Part shown: piece after piece, positions 36,558-45,770 of the stretch
Numbering within the stretch: the stretch's first letter is position 1
How the letters are laid out: each line of letters begins with the position of its first letter
Assembly (NCBI GenBank): GCA_965267575.1
Contig: OZ254086.1
Location: 2,368,001 to 2,432,000 of the forward strand
Direction of reading: 5' to 3'
Origin: Calditrichales bacterium
GTDB lineage: Bacteria; Calditrichota; Calditrichia; Calditrichales; J004
Length of the DNA: 64,000 nt
Translations under genes and position numbers: made by a program
The notes under the pieces: generated by a model
Told to the model about the DNA's origin: nothing
What the model saw: the letters and a program-made list of their open reading frames with translations, nothing else
The model's database searches: none

Positions 36558-37040
36558 ATGCTACGCATTTTTAGCGCGATGGCTTTTATGCTGCTGTTTG
36601 TTTCGTGCGACTGGATCGTGAGCGAAAGTTCTGAAAACGACGGTCCCGGAAGATTACCGGACGAGGTGCTGTCTGCCGTTGAGGATACTGTTCTCGTTGA
36701 AGGAAAGCAACTGTTTCTGGACACCTACCTGAACCGCGATTTCATGCCGGTGGCGCCGCCGGACGGGCAGGATATGTACGTCGTTATCCGCTTTCTCGTC
36801 GCGGACAGCGGCGCGCTGCCGGCGGACCTTCACGCCGATGCTGTCTGGGTGATCGACAGTTTGCGGCAATGGGATGCCTGGCTGAAACAGGAAGATCCGC
36901 AGCGCCGGGAATGGGTCGCCCGCGACGGACCTAAATGGGAGCCGGGGCTGGCTGTGGATGTGGTGGTCCGGTTTTTTGATGCTCAGCAGACACGTTATTA
37001 TCTCATTGCCCGCAACCAGATCATAGAAAGGACCGATTGA
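36558..37040 (+). CDS. Hypothetical lipoprotein
   Basis: Lipobox FVSC; AGGAG RBS; conserved-looking YLNRDFMP and ARDGPKW. Confidence 0.7.
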   Translation: MLRIFSAMAFMLLFVSCDWIVSESSENDGPGRLPDEVLSAVEDTVLVEGKQLFLDTYLNRDFMPVAPPDGQDMYVVIRFLVADSGALPADLHADAVWVIDSLRQWDAWLKQEDPQRREWVARDGPKWEPGLAVDVVVRFFDAQQTRYYLIARNQIIERTD

Positions 37041-37945
37041 TACATTCCACGCTGCTAACACTTGCACCGACGCCGCCGTTCGATTTTGTTGCCGCTGTCC
37101 ATTCGCACGGCTGGTCTGTTCTGGCGCCCAATAGCTGGAATGAAGACAAAGCTGTTCTTAGCAGGATTGAACCGTTGCCCGGCGGCGCTGTTGTGCGGCT
37201 TTCCATCAGCGGCCACGGCGATTACAGCGCGCCCACGCTGGAAATTATGGTGGAGCATGATGTTCCCCTGACCCGTGCGAACCGTGAAAGCATTCTGCAA
37301 AAAGTTTCGCACATGCTGCGCCTGGATGAAGATTACAGTGAATTCTACCGCGCCTGTGCGGGAAAGGGCGATCCCTGGGAAAAACTGTCCCATGGGCTGG
37401 GACGCCTGTTGCGCTCGCCATCCCTGTTTGAAGATATCGTAAAAACCATCTGCACAACCAATATTCAGTGGGGCGGTACAAAGCGCATGGTGCAGGGGCT
37501 GGTGGATGGCTTCGGCGAATCCTTTCCGGGCGATGCGGCGCTCAAGACCTTTCCTGCAACGGAAAAACTGGCGGGAATCAGCGAAAAAGAGCTTACGGCT
37601 AACGTGAATCTGGGCTACCGTACGCCGTACGTGCTGGAACTGGCGCAGCGCGTGGCTTCCGGCGATCTCGACCTGTACGGTTTTAACGATCCGGATTTAA
37701 CGACCGACGAACTGGCCAAAAAGCTGCAGGCCATCAAAGGTATCGGGCCCTATGCCACGGCCTCTTTGCTGATGCTGCTGGGCCATTACGACCGCATCCC
37801 GCTGGATACCGTTTACCGCGCTTTTGTACGCGAACGCTATTTCAAAGGCCGCAACGTGCAGGATAAAAAGCTGCTCTCCGTTTACGACAAATGGGGCCGC
37901 TGGAAAGGCCTGGCCTACTGGTTTGAAATGTGGCTGGAAGGATAG
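37037..37945 (+). CDS. HhH-GPD DNA glycosylase (AlkA/Ogg-like)
   Basis: FEDIVKTICTTN, LGYR, HhH LQAIKGIGPYA, PLDT. Confidence 0.85.
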   Translation: MIHSTLLTLAPTPPFDFVAAVHSHGWSVLAPNSWNEDKAVLSRIEPLPGGAVVRLSISGHGDYSAPTLEIMVEHDVPLTRANRESILQKVSHMLRLDEDYSEFYRACAGKGDPWEKLSHGLGRLLRSPSLFEDIVKTICTTNIQWGGTKRMVQGLVDGFGESFPGDAALKTFPATEKLAGISEKELTANVNLGYRTPYVLELAQRVASGDLDLYGFNDPDLTTDELAKKLQAIKGIGPYATASLLMLLGHYDRIPLDTVYRAFVRERYFKGRNVQDKKLLSVYDKWGRWKGLAYWFEMWLEG

Positions 37946-38028
37946 TGTGCCGGCGTGCTGAAGTACTAGAGTGTTAATGTGCTCAAATGTTCAGACTCTT
38001 CAATTCTTAATTTCTAATTCTTAATTCC
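37945..38028. repeat. Degenerate family A-like 8-bp module followed by 7-bp (T)AATTCT tandem repeats
   Basis: gtgccggcgtgctgaagtactagagtgttaatgt closely resembles 8533-8566; then caattcttaatttctaattcttaattc. Confidence 0.55.
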
Positions 38029-38095
38029 GTACCTGTTTGCGCTGATTACGCCGTTTGTCTTAATTTTCATCCTCATTTATAAAGGAACCTCGCAG

Positions 38096-39163
38096 ATGCC
38101 ATTAAAAATCGCGCATGACGGCCCGACCACCGGTGTCATCTCTTATCTGGCCGGAAAACTGTGGCTGTGGATTTTCCGCTGGAAAGTAGAAGCCAATATT
38201 CCAAAAGGGGGCAAATGCCTGCTCATCGCCGCGCCGCACACCAGCAACTGGGATTTGATGTTCATGCTGGCCGCGACAAATACGCTGCGCCTTAGCGTCT
38301 CCTGGGTGGGCAAACACACCATTTTCAAAAAGCCGTTCGATCGCCTTATGCGCAGCTGGGGCGGCGTACCGATTGACCGCGGCAAACCACAGGGCGTGGT
38401 GGAACAGCTGGCCGATGAATTCCGCAAGCGTGACAAGCTTGTTCTGGTGATCGCGCCGTCGGGAACACGCAAAAAAGTGGCTTTCTGGAAATCCGGCTTT
38501 TACCGCGTGGCGCTGCGGGCGGGTGTTCCGCTTTCCTGCGGATTCCTGGATTACAAGAGGCGCATTGCCGGGCTTGGGCTGAGCTTTATGCCCAGCGGCG
38601 ATGTGGCCAAAGACATGCAGCGTATCCGCGATTTTTACGCAGACATGACCGGCAAATACCCCGAACACACTTCGCCGCCCCGCCTGAAGGAAGAGCAGCC
38701 GCTTTTCCTGGAGCCTTTTGAAAAAAAACATCTGCCGGCACTTATGTCCTGGTTCACCGATGAAAAAGCCTTGCGGCAATGGGGCGGACCCAAAATGCGC
38801 TATCCTTTCGATGAAAAAAGTTTTTGGGAAGATCTTGACCTGCCGCGCTGGCAAAGCTGGTCTTTGCTGGATGAGAAGGATAACCTTGTCGGTTTCGGAC
38901 AGGTCACGGAGCGCTTCGGGCGTCATCACCTGGGCCGCCTGGTGGTGGATCCGCGGCAGCGCGGAAAAGGCTTTGGTCTGCGGCTGGTGGAAATGCTGAT
39001 GGAGAATGCGCGTAAGGAGGCCGCGGACAAAGAATTTGGCTTGTACGTCTATCCCCAAAACATACCCGCTTTTCGCTGCTATCTTGCTTTGGGTTTTAGA
39101 AATCAACCCGATCCGAGCGGCGGCGCGTTGCCGGAAAGCGTTTACATGGTCAGGCCTGCCTGA
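38096..39163 (+). CDS. PlsC-family acyltransferase fused to a C-terminal GNAT domain
   Basis: APHTSNWD (HxxxxD), GGVPIDR, APSGTR, WKSGFY; then LGRLVVDPRQRGKGFG, NIPAFRCYLALGF. Confidence 0.85.
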   Translation: MPLKIAHDGPTTGVISYLAGKLWLWIFRWKVEANIPKGGKCLLIAAPHTSNWDLMFMLAATNTLRLSVSWVGKHTIFKKPFDRLMRSWGGVPIDRGKPQGVVEQLADEFRKRDKLVLVIAPSGTRKKVAFWKSGFYRVALRAGVPLSCGFLDYKRRIAGLGLSFMPSGDVAKDMQRIRDFYADMTGKYPEHTSPPRLKEEQPLFLEPFEKKHLPALMSWFTDEKALRQWGGPKMRYPFDEKSFWEDLDLPRWQSWSLLDEKDNLVGFGQVTERFGRHHLGRLVVDPRQRGKGFGLRLVEMLMENARKEAADKEFGLYVYPQNIPAFRCYLALGFRNQPDPSGGALPESVYMVRPA

Positions 39164-39260
39164 AATACGGCCCGCTGAAAAAGAGCTCCCGGCCCGTGTT
39201 TTTCTTAGTGACTTTATGTAGATTAAGGTTAATACCATATCCGCCGTGGAGGCAATCACG

Positions 39261-40307
39261 ATGTTAACGTACGATAAATATCTGATACCACTATTCGTCT
39301 TTTTGGTTTTCAATCCAATTTCGGGCTGTTCCCAGGTTTCCGAACCCGCCAGCGCTGAGCCGCACAATTTTGTTGTAGCAGAGGACATCGAATGGGCCCG
39401 GCCGCAAGGCCACATTCTTACGATGGACATTTATACGCCGGCCACAGGAAAGGAGAGTTATCCTGTACTGGTTATTTTTCATGGTGGTGGCTGGCTGATA
39501 AACGACAATTCAATTATGAAGGATATGTCGGAGTATATTGCGTCGCATTCAGAGTATGTGGTTTGCAACGTAAACTATCGCCTCCTCGGCGACAATGGAA
39601 ATACAGTTACGATGAACCAGATAATCGAAGATGCTATTGGTGCCGTATTGTGGGTTATGGATAATATATCAGCCTACAAAGGAAATCCGCTTAAGCTGAT
39701 AGTTACCGGTGATAGCGCAGGAGGCCATTTGGCTGCTATGGTGGTACTGGCAAGCCACAAGCTCGAAGCAGACGGATTTCAAGGATCTACACTCGGGTAC
39801 AAGCCCACGTACCTGCCCGCGGGAAAGACAATCGCTGAAATCACGGCGGAAGCTCTGCCAATTAAGGCGGCAATCTTAAGCTACGCAGCTTATGATATCT
39901 ATGCTTCGGCGCTTAATGGATTCGAGAACGCGAGCAATTTTTTCTGGAATATGGCCGGTGTCCAAGCGCGAGGTATTTTCGGGGCGGGAATTAATGTTCA
40001 GGATAATCCGGCATATTATAAGGCTGTTTCACCGGTTTACAATATTCCGGAGGCCAGTGAACGCCACCTGCCCCCGCATCTGTGTACCGCCGGTTCCCGC
40101 GATAACCTGATCACACCGCAAATTGTGCAGAGCTATGTCAATATGCTTAAGGACAAAGGACACGAGGCGGAATATTGGGAGCATGAAGGAAGGCCTCATG
40201 CTTTTCTGGACAGCGGGAGTAATGAATTCTTGGATATTGAGTTTACGAAGGACGCCGTACCGGCCATCCGGAAAATGATCGAATTTTTGGACAAAACAAT
40301 CAAATAA
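39261..40307 (+). CDS. Alpha/beta hydrolase (HSL-family esterase), probable lipoprotein
   Basis: HGGG, NYRL, GDSAGG, HAF; lipobox ISGC. Confidence 0.88.
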   Translation: MLTYDKYLIPLFVFLVFNPISGCSQVSEPASAEPHNFVVAEDIEWARPQGHILTMDIYTPATGKESYPVLVIFHGGGWLINDNSIMKDMSEYIASHSEYVVCNVNYRLLGDNGNTVTMNQIIEDAIGAVLWVMDNISAYKGNPLKLIVTGDSAGGHLAAMVVLASHKLEADGFQGSTLGYKPTYLPAGKTIAEITAEALPIKAAILSYAAYDIYASALNGFENASNFFWNMAGVQARGIFGAGINVQDNPAYYKAVSPVYNIPEASERHLPPHLCTAGSRDNLITPQIVQSYVNMLKDKGHEAEYWEHEGRPHAFLDSGSNEFLDIEFTKDAVPAIRKMIEFLDKTIK

Positions 40308-40325
40308 ACAATTAGGGGAGGCCTC

Positions 40326-40646
40326 ATGTATAAACTCAAAAAAATCGATATCGGCAGTGTAGCGATCTATTCCTTTATAATGTTTCTGATACTGGGTGTC
40401 GTGATCATGCTCCCGGCCTGGTTTTTCAGCCAGCTGGCATCGTCGTTTTCCCCGGAACCAATGACCGATCAGCCCGGTTTTCCCGGCATCTTCGGTGGAT
40501 TTTTCTTTATCGCAATACCACTTTTTTACGCCGTTTTCGGTACGTTGATGAATGTGATCATCGTTTTTGTCTACAATGTAATTTCCATACGCTACGGCGG
40601 CATTAAGATAGAATTAAATAAAACGGACGAAGAAAATGGCTTATGA
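40326..40646 (+). CDS. Small two-TM membrane protein (DUF3566-like)
   Basis: LKKIDIGSVA...two TM helices...YNVISIRYGGIKIEL. Confidence 0.65.
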   Translation: MYKLKKIDIGSVAIYSFIMFLILGVVIMLPAWFFSQLASSFSPEPMTDQPGFPGIFGGFFFIAIPLFYAVFGTLMNVIIVFVYNVISIRYGGIKIELNKTDEENGL

Positions 40647-40935
40647 AATGCTGGTCGCCATGTGGATTGAAAACGATGAAGCGTACCAGAATTACCGTAA
40701 CGCCATGGCCCCGATCCTTACCGGTTACGGCGGCGGGTTTGGCTACGATTTCCGCATTGCCGAAGTCCTGAAGTCACAAAGCGACCACCCGATCAACCGC
40801 GTTTTTACCATCTATTTTAAAGATGAAGCGGCAAAGGAGGACTTTTTTACCAACCCCGATTATCTCGAAATCAAGAAGCGCTATTTTGAGGGTGTGGTAA
40901 AAGGAACAACGATTATCGCAACTTACCGGCGCTGA
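40636..40935 (+). CDS. DUF1330-like dimeric alpha/beta barrel protein
   Basis: YQNYRNAMAPIL, YGGGFGYDF, INRVFTIYF, FFTNPDY. Confidence 0.75.
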   Translation: MAYEMLVAMWIENDEAYQNYRNAMAPILTGYGGGFGYDFRIAEVLKSQSDHPINRVFTIYFKDEAAKEDFFTNPDYLEIKKRYFEGVVKGTTIIATYRR

Positions 40936-40952
40936 CCGGGAAGGATAAAAAA

Positions 40953-41687
40953 ATGAGCTTTATTTTCGAGCTTTTTCGCGATATGCCCCGGCAGGGACCG
41001 GGCTCAGACGCCTCGACGCTGAGAGCGCTGGAAGCGGTGAGCCTGCCCGGTAGCCCGCGGGTGCTCGACGTGGGTTGCGGCAGTGGCGCGCAAACGCTGG
41101 CCCTGGCGCGACATCTGCGAGGCAGCATCACTGCCGTCGATATTTACCAGCCTTTTCTCGATAAGCTGCAACAGAGGGCCAATGAATCTGAACTGCAAAG
41201 CACCGTGACAAGCGCCTGCCAATCGATGAGTGATCTGGATTTTCCTGAATCGTTTTTTGACCTGATCTGGAGCGAGGGCGCCATTTACATTATCGGCTTT
41301 AAAGAAGGGCTCACACGCTGGCGGCGCTCCCTGAAAAAAGGCGGCTACCTGGTTGCGTCTGAGATGACCTGGCTGCGGGATGATCCCCCGGCGGAAGCAA
41401 AGGATTTCTGGGAGGAGGCTTACCCGGCCATGGGGAGTATCAGCTCTAATCTCGCCGTGGCCCAAAAGGCCGGTTTCAGCGAGGTGCATCATTTTGTGTT
41501 GCCGGATTCCGACTGGTGGGATGGTTTTTATAATCCCCTGATGGAGCGTGTGTCATACTTTCGCAAAACCAGGCGTGATGACGCCGAAGCACAGGCCGAA
41601 CTCGACGCCACCGAACATGAAATCCGCCTGTTTGAAAAATATGCCGGGTATTACAATTACGTCTTTTATATCCTCAAAAAGAATTGA
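40953..41687 (+). CDS. Class I SAM-dependent methyltransferase
   Basis: PRQGPGS, VLDVGCGSG, FDLIWSEGAIY. Confidence 0.9.
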   Translation: MSFIFELFRDMPRQGPGSDASTLRALEAVSLPGSPRVLDVGCGSGAQTLALARHLRGSITAVDIYQPFLDKLQQRANESELQSTVTSACQSMSDLDFPESFFDLIWSEGAIYIIGFKEGLTRWRRSLKKGGYLVASEMTWLRDDPPAEAKDFWEEAYPAMGSISSNLAVAQKAGFSEVHHFVLPDSDWWDGFYNPLMERVSYFRKTRRDDAEAQAELDATEHEIRLFEKYAGYYNYVFYILKKN

Positions 41688-41696
41688 GAGTCCGCC

Positions 41697-42302
41697 ATGG
41701 GCAAACTTTCAGATTTCTTTAAAAGCACTTCTTTTCTTGAGAAAGCGTTGTTGCTGCTTCTTACGGCGGGGCTCAGCGGTCTGTTGATCCCACTGATCAC
41801 GTCGGAGGTGGCACATCGTAATATGAAAGAGCAAAAGCAGCTTGAGGCGCAGCTCGCCCGCCAGGCCAGCGTGATCGAAGCGCAGGTGCAGCTGCTGGAA
41901 ACACTGGCCGATTTATTGTGGGAGTACCAGCTGCTGGCCATCGATGTTTCCTACTACCGCTTTGCCAAGGATGAAAACCTCTACCGCGCGGCAGCAAAAA
42001 AATATGACAACCGATCGGCATCCCTTTTGAGCCGTATCCGTGCCGAAATCAGTAAATCGCTACGCTTGTCCGCTCCACAGATGTACGAGCGGCTAAAGGG
42101 GCTTTATAACAAAGAGTTACTGGGCCTGGACCTGCGTCTGCGTAATTTGATGGAGGGCCACAAAAACGACTGGAGCGCCTTCAATCAATACGCCGTGTGG
42201 GAGCTTTCCGAGACGGTGGATAACGTTCTCAATGACCTGGCCGCTGATCTGGAGCTTAAGGCGCCAGTGAAAGAATCGGAAGAAAACCCGGGTGAAGAGT
42301 AA
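41697..42302 (+). CDS. Hypothetical protein with N-terminal TM helix and helical body
   Basis: Co-oriented ORF 9 nt after the previous gene; hydrophobic LLLLLTAGLSGLLIPLI. Confidence 0.6.
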   Translation: MGKLSDFFKSTSFLEKALLLLLTAGLSGLLIPLITSEVAHRNMKEQKQLEAQLARQASVIEAQVQLLETLADLLWEYQLLAIDVSYYRFAKDENLYRAAAKKYDNRSASLLSRIRAEISKSLRLSAPQMYERLKGLYNKELLGLDLRLRNLMEGHKNDWSAFNQYAVWELSETVDNVLNDLAADLELKAPVKESEENPGEE

Positions 42303-42330
42303 TCGTCCATTACCAAATATAATACGTTTG

Positions 42331-42359
42331 TTGACACCCGACACGTTGCACTATATATT
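42331..42359 (+). promoter_or_regulatory. Sigma70-type promoter of higBA
   Basis: TTGACA (42331) - 17 bp - TATATT (42354), ending 6 nt before the ATG. Confidence 0.65.
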
Positions 42360-42365
42360 CCAAAA

Positions 42366-42644
42366 ATGATCAGAACATTTCGACATAAGGGGCTAAAGCA
42401 GTACTTCGAATCAGGTAAGGCTTCTAAAATTAATGCTGAACATATAAATAAAGTGCGGCTTATTTTAACAATGTTGAATGCTTCCCGGGAACCGCGGGAC
42501 ATGAATTTTCCAGGCTCTGGGTTGCATCAGTTGAAAGGCGGGCTAAAAGGATTCTGGTCAGTAAAGGTAGGTGGAAACTGGAGAATAATATTTAAGTTTC
42601 AACAGAACGATGTCTACGAAGTTGACTATATCGATTATCATTAA
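42366..42644 (+). CDS. higB: HigB toxin (RelE/ParE superfamily)
   Basis: MIRTFRHKGL, LHQLKG, WSVKVGGNWRIIF, C-terminal DYH. Confidence 0.93.
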   Translation: MIRTFRHKGLKQYFESGKASKINAEHINKVRLILTMLNASREPRDMNFPGSGLHQLKGGLKGFWSVKVGGNWRIIFKFQQNDVYEVDYIDYH

Positions 42645-42658
42645 GAGAGGTACAATAT

Positions 42659-42949
42659 ATGCATAATCCGGCACATCCCGGAGAAGTTTTACGGGAAATA
42701 TATATTACCCCGCTGGAACTGACAGTAACGGAAACCGCGCGGGCTTTGGGAGTTACCAGAAAAGCGTTATCCGAACTGATTAATTGCAAAGCGGGCATTA
42801 GCATCACGATGGCGTTAAAACTGTCAAAGGCTTTTAATACAACGCCGGAGTATTGGCTAAATATGCAGCAGAATTTTGACCTATGGCATGCAAGAAAGAA
42901 AATAAAGCTTGGCTCCGTAAAAGTTTTAACCGAAGAGCCGTCAGCCTAA
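42659..42949 (+). CDS. higA: HigA antitoxin (HTH-XRE)
   Basis: MHNPAHPGEVL, ARALGVTRKALSEL, MALKLSKAF, WLNMQ. Confidence 0.93.
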   Translation: MHNPAHPGEVLREIYITPLELTVTETARALGVTRKALSELINCKAGISITMALKLSKAFNTTPEYWLNMQQNFDLWHARKKIKLGSVKVLTEEPSA

Positions 42950-43260
42950 TGGCCCATTACCTCGTCACCGCGAAACCAAAACAAGAACGCCTTCCAAAGT
43001 TGAAACAAAAATTGCATGAAAAAGCATTTGCCGGTTTGAAGCCATTCGGCCAGGCATTGACCTACAGCCTTGAAAACGCCCGTATGCGCGCTGACGGTTA
43101 CGCTGTCTGGGAAGAAGAGGATTATTGCTCTCCGCCGCTTGCCGAAGAGCGGCATGCCGTGCTGGACACCTATTTTGATGACATCAGCGTGGAAGTTGTG
43201 AAAGAAGGGCAGGGCTGGCAGCGGATAGAGGATTTGCCGCTTCTATTGAAATTGGTGTGA
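42949..43260 (+). CDS. Conserved hypothetical protein
   Basis: ATG overlaps the higA stop (TAATG); motif PFG...WEEEDYCSPPLAEER. Confidence 0.7.
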   Translation: MAHYLVTAKPKQERLPKLKQKLHEKAFAGLKPFGQALTYSLENARMRADGYAVWEEEDYCSPPLAEERHAVLDTYFDDISVEVVKEGQGWQRIEDLPLLLKLV

Positions 43261-43335
43261 TGGAGAAGTCCATTGCTGAAACATCAGCCCGCCGGATATC
43301 TAAAATTCGAGAAAGTATTTACTTTTCTTTCTTTA

Positions 43336-43366
43336 TGTATTACCTTTCCGTCATAATTGTAATACA
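43336..43366. promoter_or_regulatory. Palindromic operator of the RHH-PIN module
   Basis: TGTATTAC-15 bp-GTAATACA directly before the AGGAG RBS. Confidence 0.6.
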
Positions 43367-43375
43367 GGAGAATTG

Positions 43376-43615
43376 ATGGATACGTTAACTTTAAAAATAC
43401 CGGAAGGTATTAAAGAAAGGCTAAATTCTTATTCAAAACGAAAAGGCTTAAGTAAGTCTGAGATAGTAAGAAAAGCATTGACGGATTATTTTGAGAAAGA
43501 TGACCTTGACAGGCAGGATTCTTTCTACGATTTAGCAAAAGATTTAGCCGGAAGCGTCAATGAAAAAGAAGACCTTTCGATAAACAAAGAACATCTCAGT
43601 GGATATGGAATGTGA
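43376..43615 (+). CDS. vapB: Ribbon-helix-helix (CopG-like) antitoxin
   Basis: TLTLKIPE...SKSEIVRKAL; overlaps the PIN gene. Confidence 0.85.
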   Translation: MDTLTLKIPEGIKERLNSYSKRKGLSKSEIVRKALTDYFEKDDLDRQDSFYDLAKDLAGSVNEKEDLSINKEHLSGYGM

Positions 43616-44031
43616 AAAATAAAAGGGTAATTATTGATACCGGTCCTTTGGTTGCCTTTTTAAATAAACCGGACAAATACCATGAGTGGGCATTAACGCA
43701 ATTTGCCCTGCAAAAACCACCGTTCTTTACCTGCGAATCTGTAATCTCTGAAGTTTGTTTTTTGCTTAGGAATTCCGAAACAGGTGTACAGAATACTCTT
43801 TCTCTGATTGAAAGAAATCTAATTCAAATCCCATTTAATTTTGAAGCTGAAATCAGCGCCGTAAAATCACTATTAAAAAAATATAAAGATATTCCAATGT
43901 CACTTGCCGATGCCTGTTTAGTCAGAATGAGTGAGCAAATATCCGAAAGTATTATTTTTACAATGGATAGTGATTTCCACGTATATCGCAAAGACAGGAG
44001 AAAAGTAATCCCCGTAATTATGCCGGATTAA
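43612..44031 (+). CDS. vapC: PIN-domain toxin
   Basis: IIDTGPLVA, VISE, MSLADACLV, TMDSDF. Confidence 0.9.
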   Translation: MKNKRVIIDTGPLVAFLNKPDKYHEWALTQFALQKPPFFTCESVISEVCFLLRNSETGVQNTLSLIERNLIQIPFNFEAEISAVKSLLKKYKDIPMSLADACLVRMSEQISESIIFTMDSDFHVYRKDRRKVIPVIMPD

Positions 44032-44157
44032 GCCGTACCATAAATACCCCGCCTTGTTATCTGCTTCATCCCATTGCTTCTTTCACTTCGCCTGCTTAAT
44101 ATAGTTTTGTAATGTTACGTTAAAGTGGGCGTTGTTGTGAAATTTCGAAACAGGCTT

Positions 44158-44811
44158 ATGTACTTTAGACTCTGTTTTTTAAGCTGCGCCGTTGTCTTTA
44201 TTCTTTTAAACGGCTGTGTTACCACGAACTATTATACCGGCCGCACCCTGGACGATGGCGAAGTTGTGCTTACACCCGGTGTGGATAACCTTGTTATTGT
44301 TGAGAATGAAGACGGCATTGTTCAGAAAGACCTTTCCTTCAGCATAAGTTTTGGTATCGCGCGCGGTTTTCCCTGGCGTTTCGAGGCCGGCATCCGCACC
44401 TATTTCCCCTATGTTTATGAAGCCAACCTGCGGCATCAGATCAACCCACGCTCCTTTACATGGTTTGATATAAGCGCCAACTTCCACGGCGGCGTTATTT
44501 TGGATATTGAAGAACCTATGGAAACCACGAATCCATATTTTAAATATGGCCTGACCATAAGCCGGGAAATTTTTGGGACGCAGCCTTATTTCAGCTACTA
44601 CCTGGTAAAAAACGCGCTTTTAGGAGAACTGTCCGATAACTTTGATTTTGAGAAAACATATTGCGCTGGCTGGGCTTTACCTTACAGTGGCGATTTGATC
44701 TTTCCTGAAATCAATTACTTTGCCGGGGATGGCGTGCGAAAAGGTTTTTTTACATTCGGGATAGGCGTGAGGGCAAAATTGGATAAAGCCGAAAAACCGA
44801 AGGAGCGTTAA
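44158..44811 (+). CDS. Hypothetical lipoprotein, beta-strand rich
   Basis: Lipobox LNGC; alternating aromatic strands, ending FTFGIGVR. Confidence 0.6.
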   Translation: MYFRLCFLSCAVVFILLNGCVTTNYYTGRTLDDGEVVLTPGVDNLVIVENEDGIVQKDLSFSISFGIARGFPWRFEAGIRTYFPYVYEANLRHQINPRSFTWFDISANFHGGVILDIEEPMETTNPYFKYGLTISREIFGTQPYFSYYLVKNALLGELSDNFDFEKTYCAGWALPYSGDLIFPEINYFAGDGVRKGFFTFGIGVRAKLDKAEKPKER

Positions 44812-44815
44812 ATGA

Positions 44816-44962
44816 AGCTTATACGACTCCAGCCCTGTTTTTGACGGCGTGATCCTGGAAGGCTATTACACGCTCCTTGAGCATTACGGCATAACCGGCA
44901 CGCTTTTTGTCTTGGAGAAGGGCAGTTTTAATTTGGGCATGGGGTTGAGGTATGTGCTCTAA
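44816..44962 (+). pseudogene. Start-less 3' remnant of a beta-barrel-like gene
   Basis: Open frame ...YDSSPVFDGVILEGYYTLLEHYGITGTLFVLEKGSFNLGMGLRYVL* preceded by an out-of-frame ATG at 44812. Confidence 0.35.
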
Positions 44963-45108
44963 TTTGCTGTTTAATAGCTAAAGTTATACATGCATGCGGA
45001 ATATGGAAATATTTCATGTTTTCATATATTACTAACTAATATAAAATATTAAAGAATGATCTGGCTTTAACTGCTCGGTGGACGCATAAGTTTTCGGAAA
45101 GATGCATT

Positions 45109-45768
45109 ATGAAAATCAAAGAAAAAGAAGCGGTTTTATTTGATCAATGGGAAAAAAATCGAAAAGGATTTGTGTTCGACGGTGTTGTGTCGGAAGAAGA
45201 TTATCTAAAATCTAAAATTAAGCTATGCTTTGTGCTTAAAGAGGTGAACGACAAGGATGGTGGCGGTTGGGACCTGCGCGAATATATCAAGAATGGTGCC
45301 CGCAAACAATCATGGGATAATATTACAAGATGGGTTAAATGCATTCGAAACATTAATTTAGAGTATAAGTGGGTTGAACTAGCCAATGTTGTGGAGGATG
45401 AACGGAAAAGTTTCCTACGTTCTATTAGTGTAATGAACCTAAAGAAAACCCCTGGCGGGTACACTAGCATAAAGGCAAGTTTTAATAAAGTTGTATTCCA
45501 GGATAAAGAATATATACAGAAACAATATGCCATTTATTCTCCTGATATTACTATATGTTGTGGGACGGGGTGGGAAATGCGGTCTGTATTAAATTTGGAT
45601 GGTAGTAAAATTTATAACACAAACAGGGGCATTGAATGGTTCTTAAATAACGCAAGCAAACCAGTCATTATTTATACCCATCCAGAAGCAAGGGTACAAG
45701 ACTCTTTGCTTGTTTATGGACTGGTTGATGCAATACGAGAAATTGCAAAATACCCTAATGTCGAATAA
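45109..45768 (+). CDS. AT-rich hypothetical protein, possibly uracil-DNA-glycosylase-like fold
   Basis: KLCFVLKEVN, MNLKK, PDITICCGT, HP motif order as in UDG-superfamily proteins. Confidence 0.55.
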   Translation: MKIKEKEAVLFDQWEKNRKGFVFDGVVSEEDYLKSKIKLCFVLKEVNDKDGGGWDLREYIKNGARKQSWDNITRWVKCIRNINLEYKWVELANVVEDERKSFLRSISVMNLKKTPGGYTSIKASFNKVVFQDKEYIQKQYAIYSPDITICCGTGWEMRSVLNLDGSKIYNTNRGIEWFLNNASKPVIIYTHPEARVQDSLLVYGLVDAIREIAKYPNVE

Positions 45769-45770
45769 AT

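Noticed and set aside
38102..39430. 442-aa antisense ORF
   Set aside because: Shadow of the PlsC-GNAT and esterase genes; no motifs
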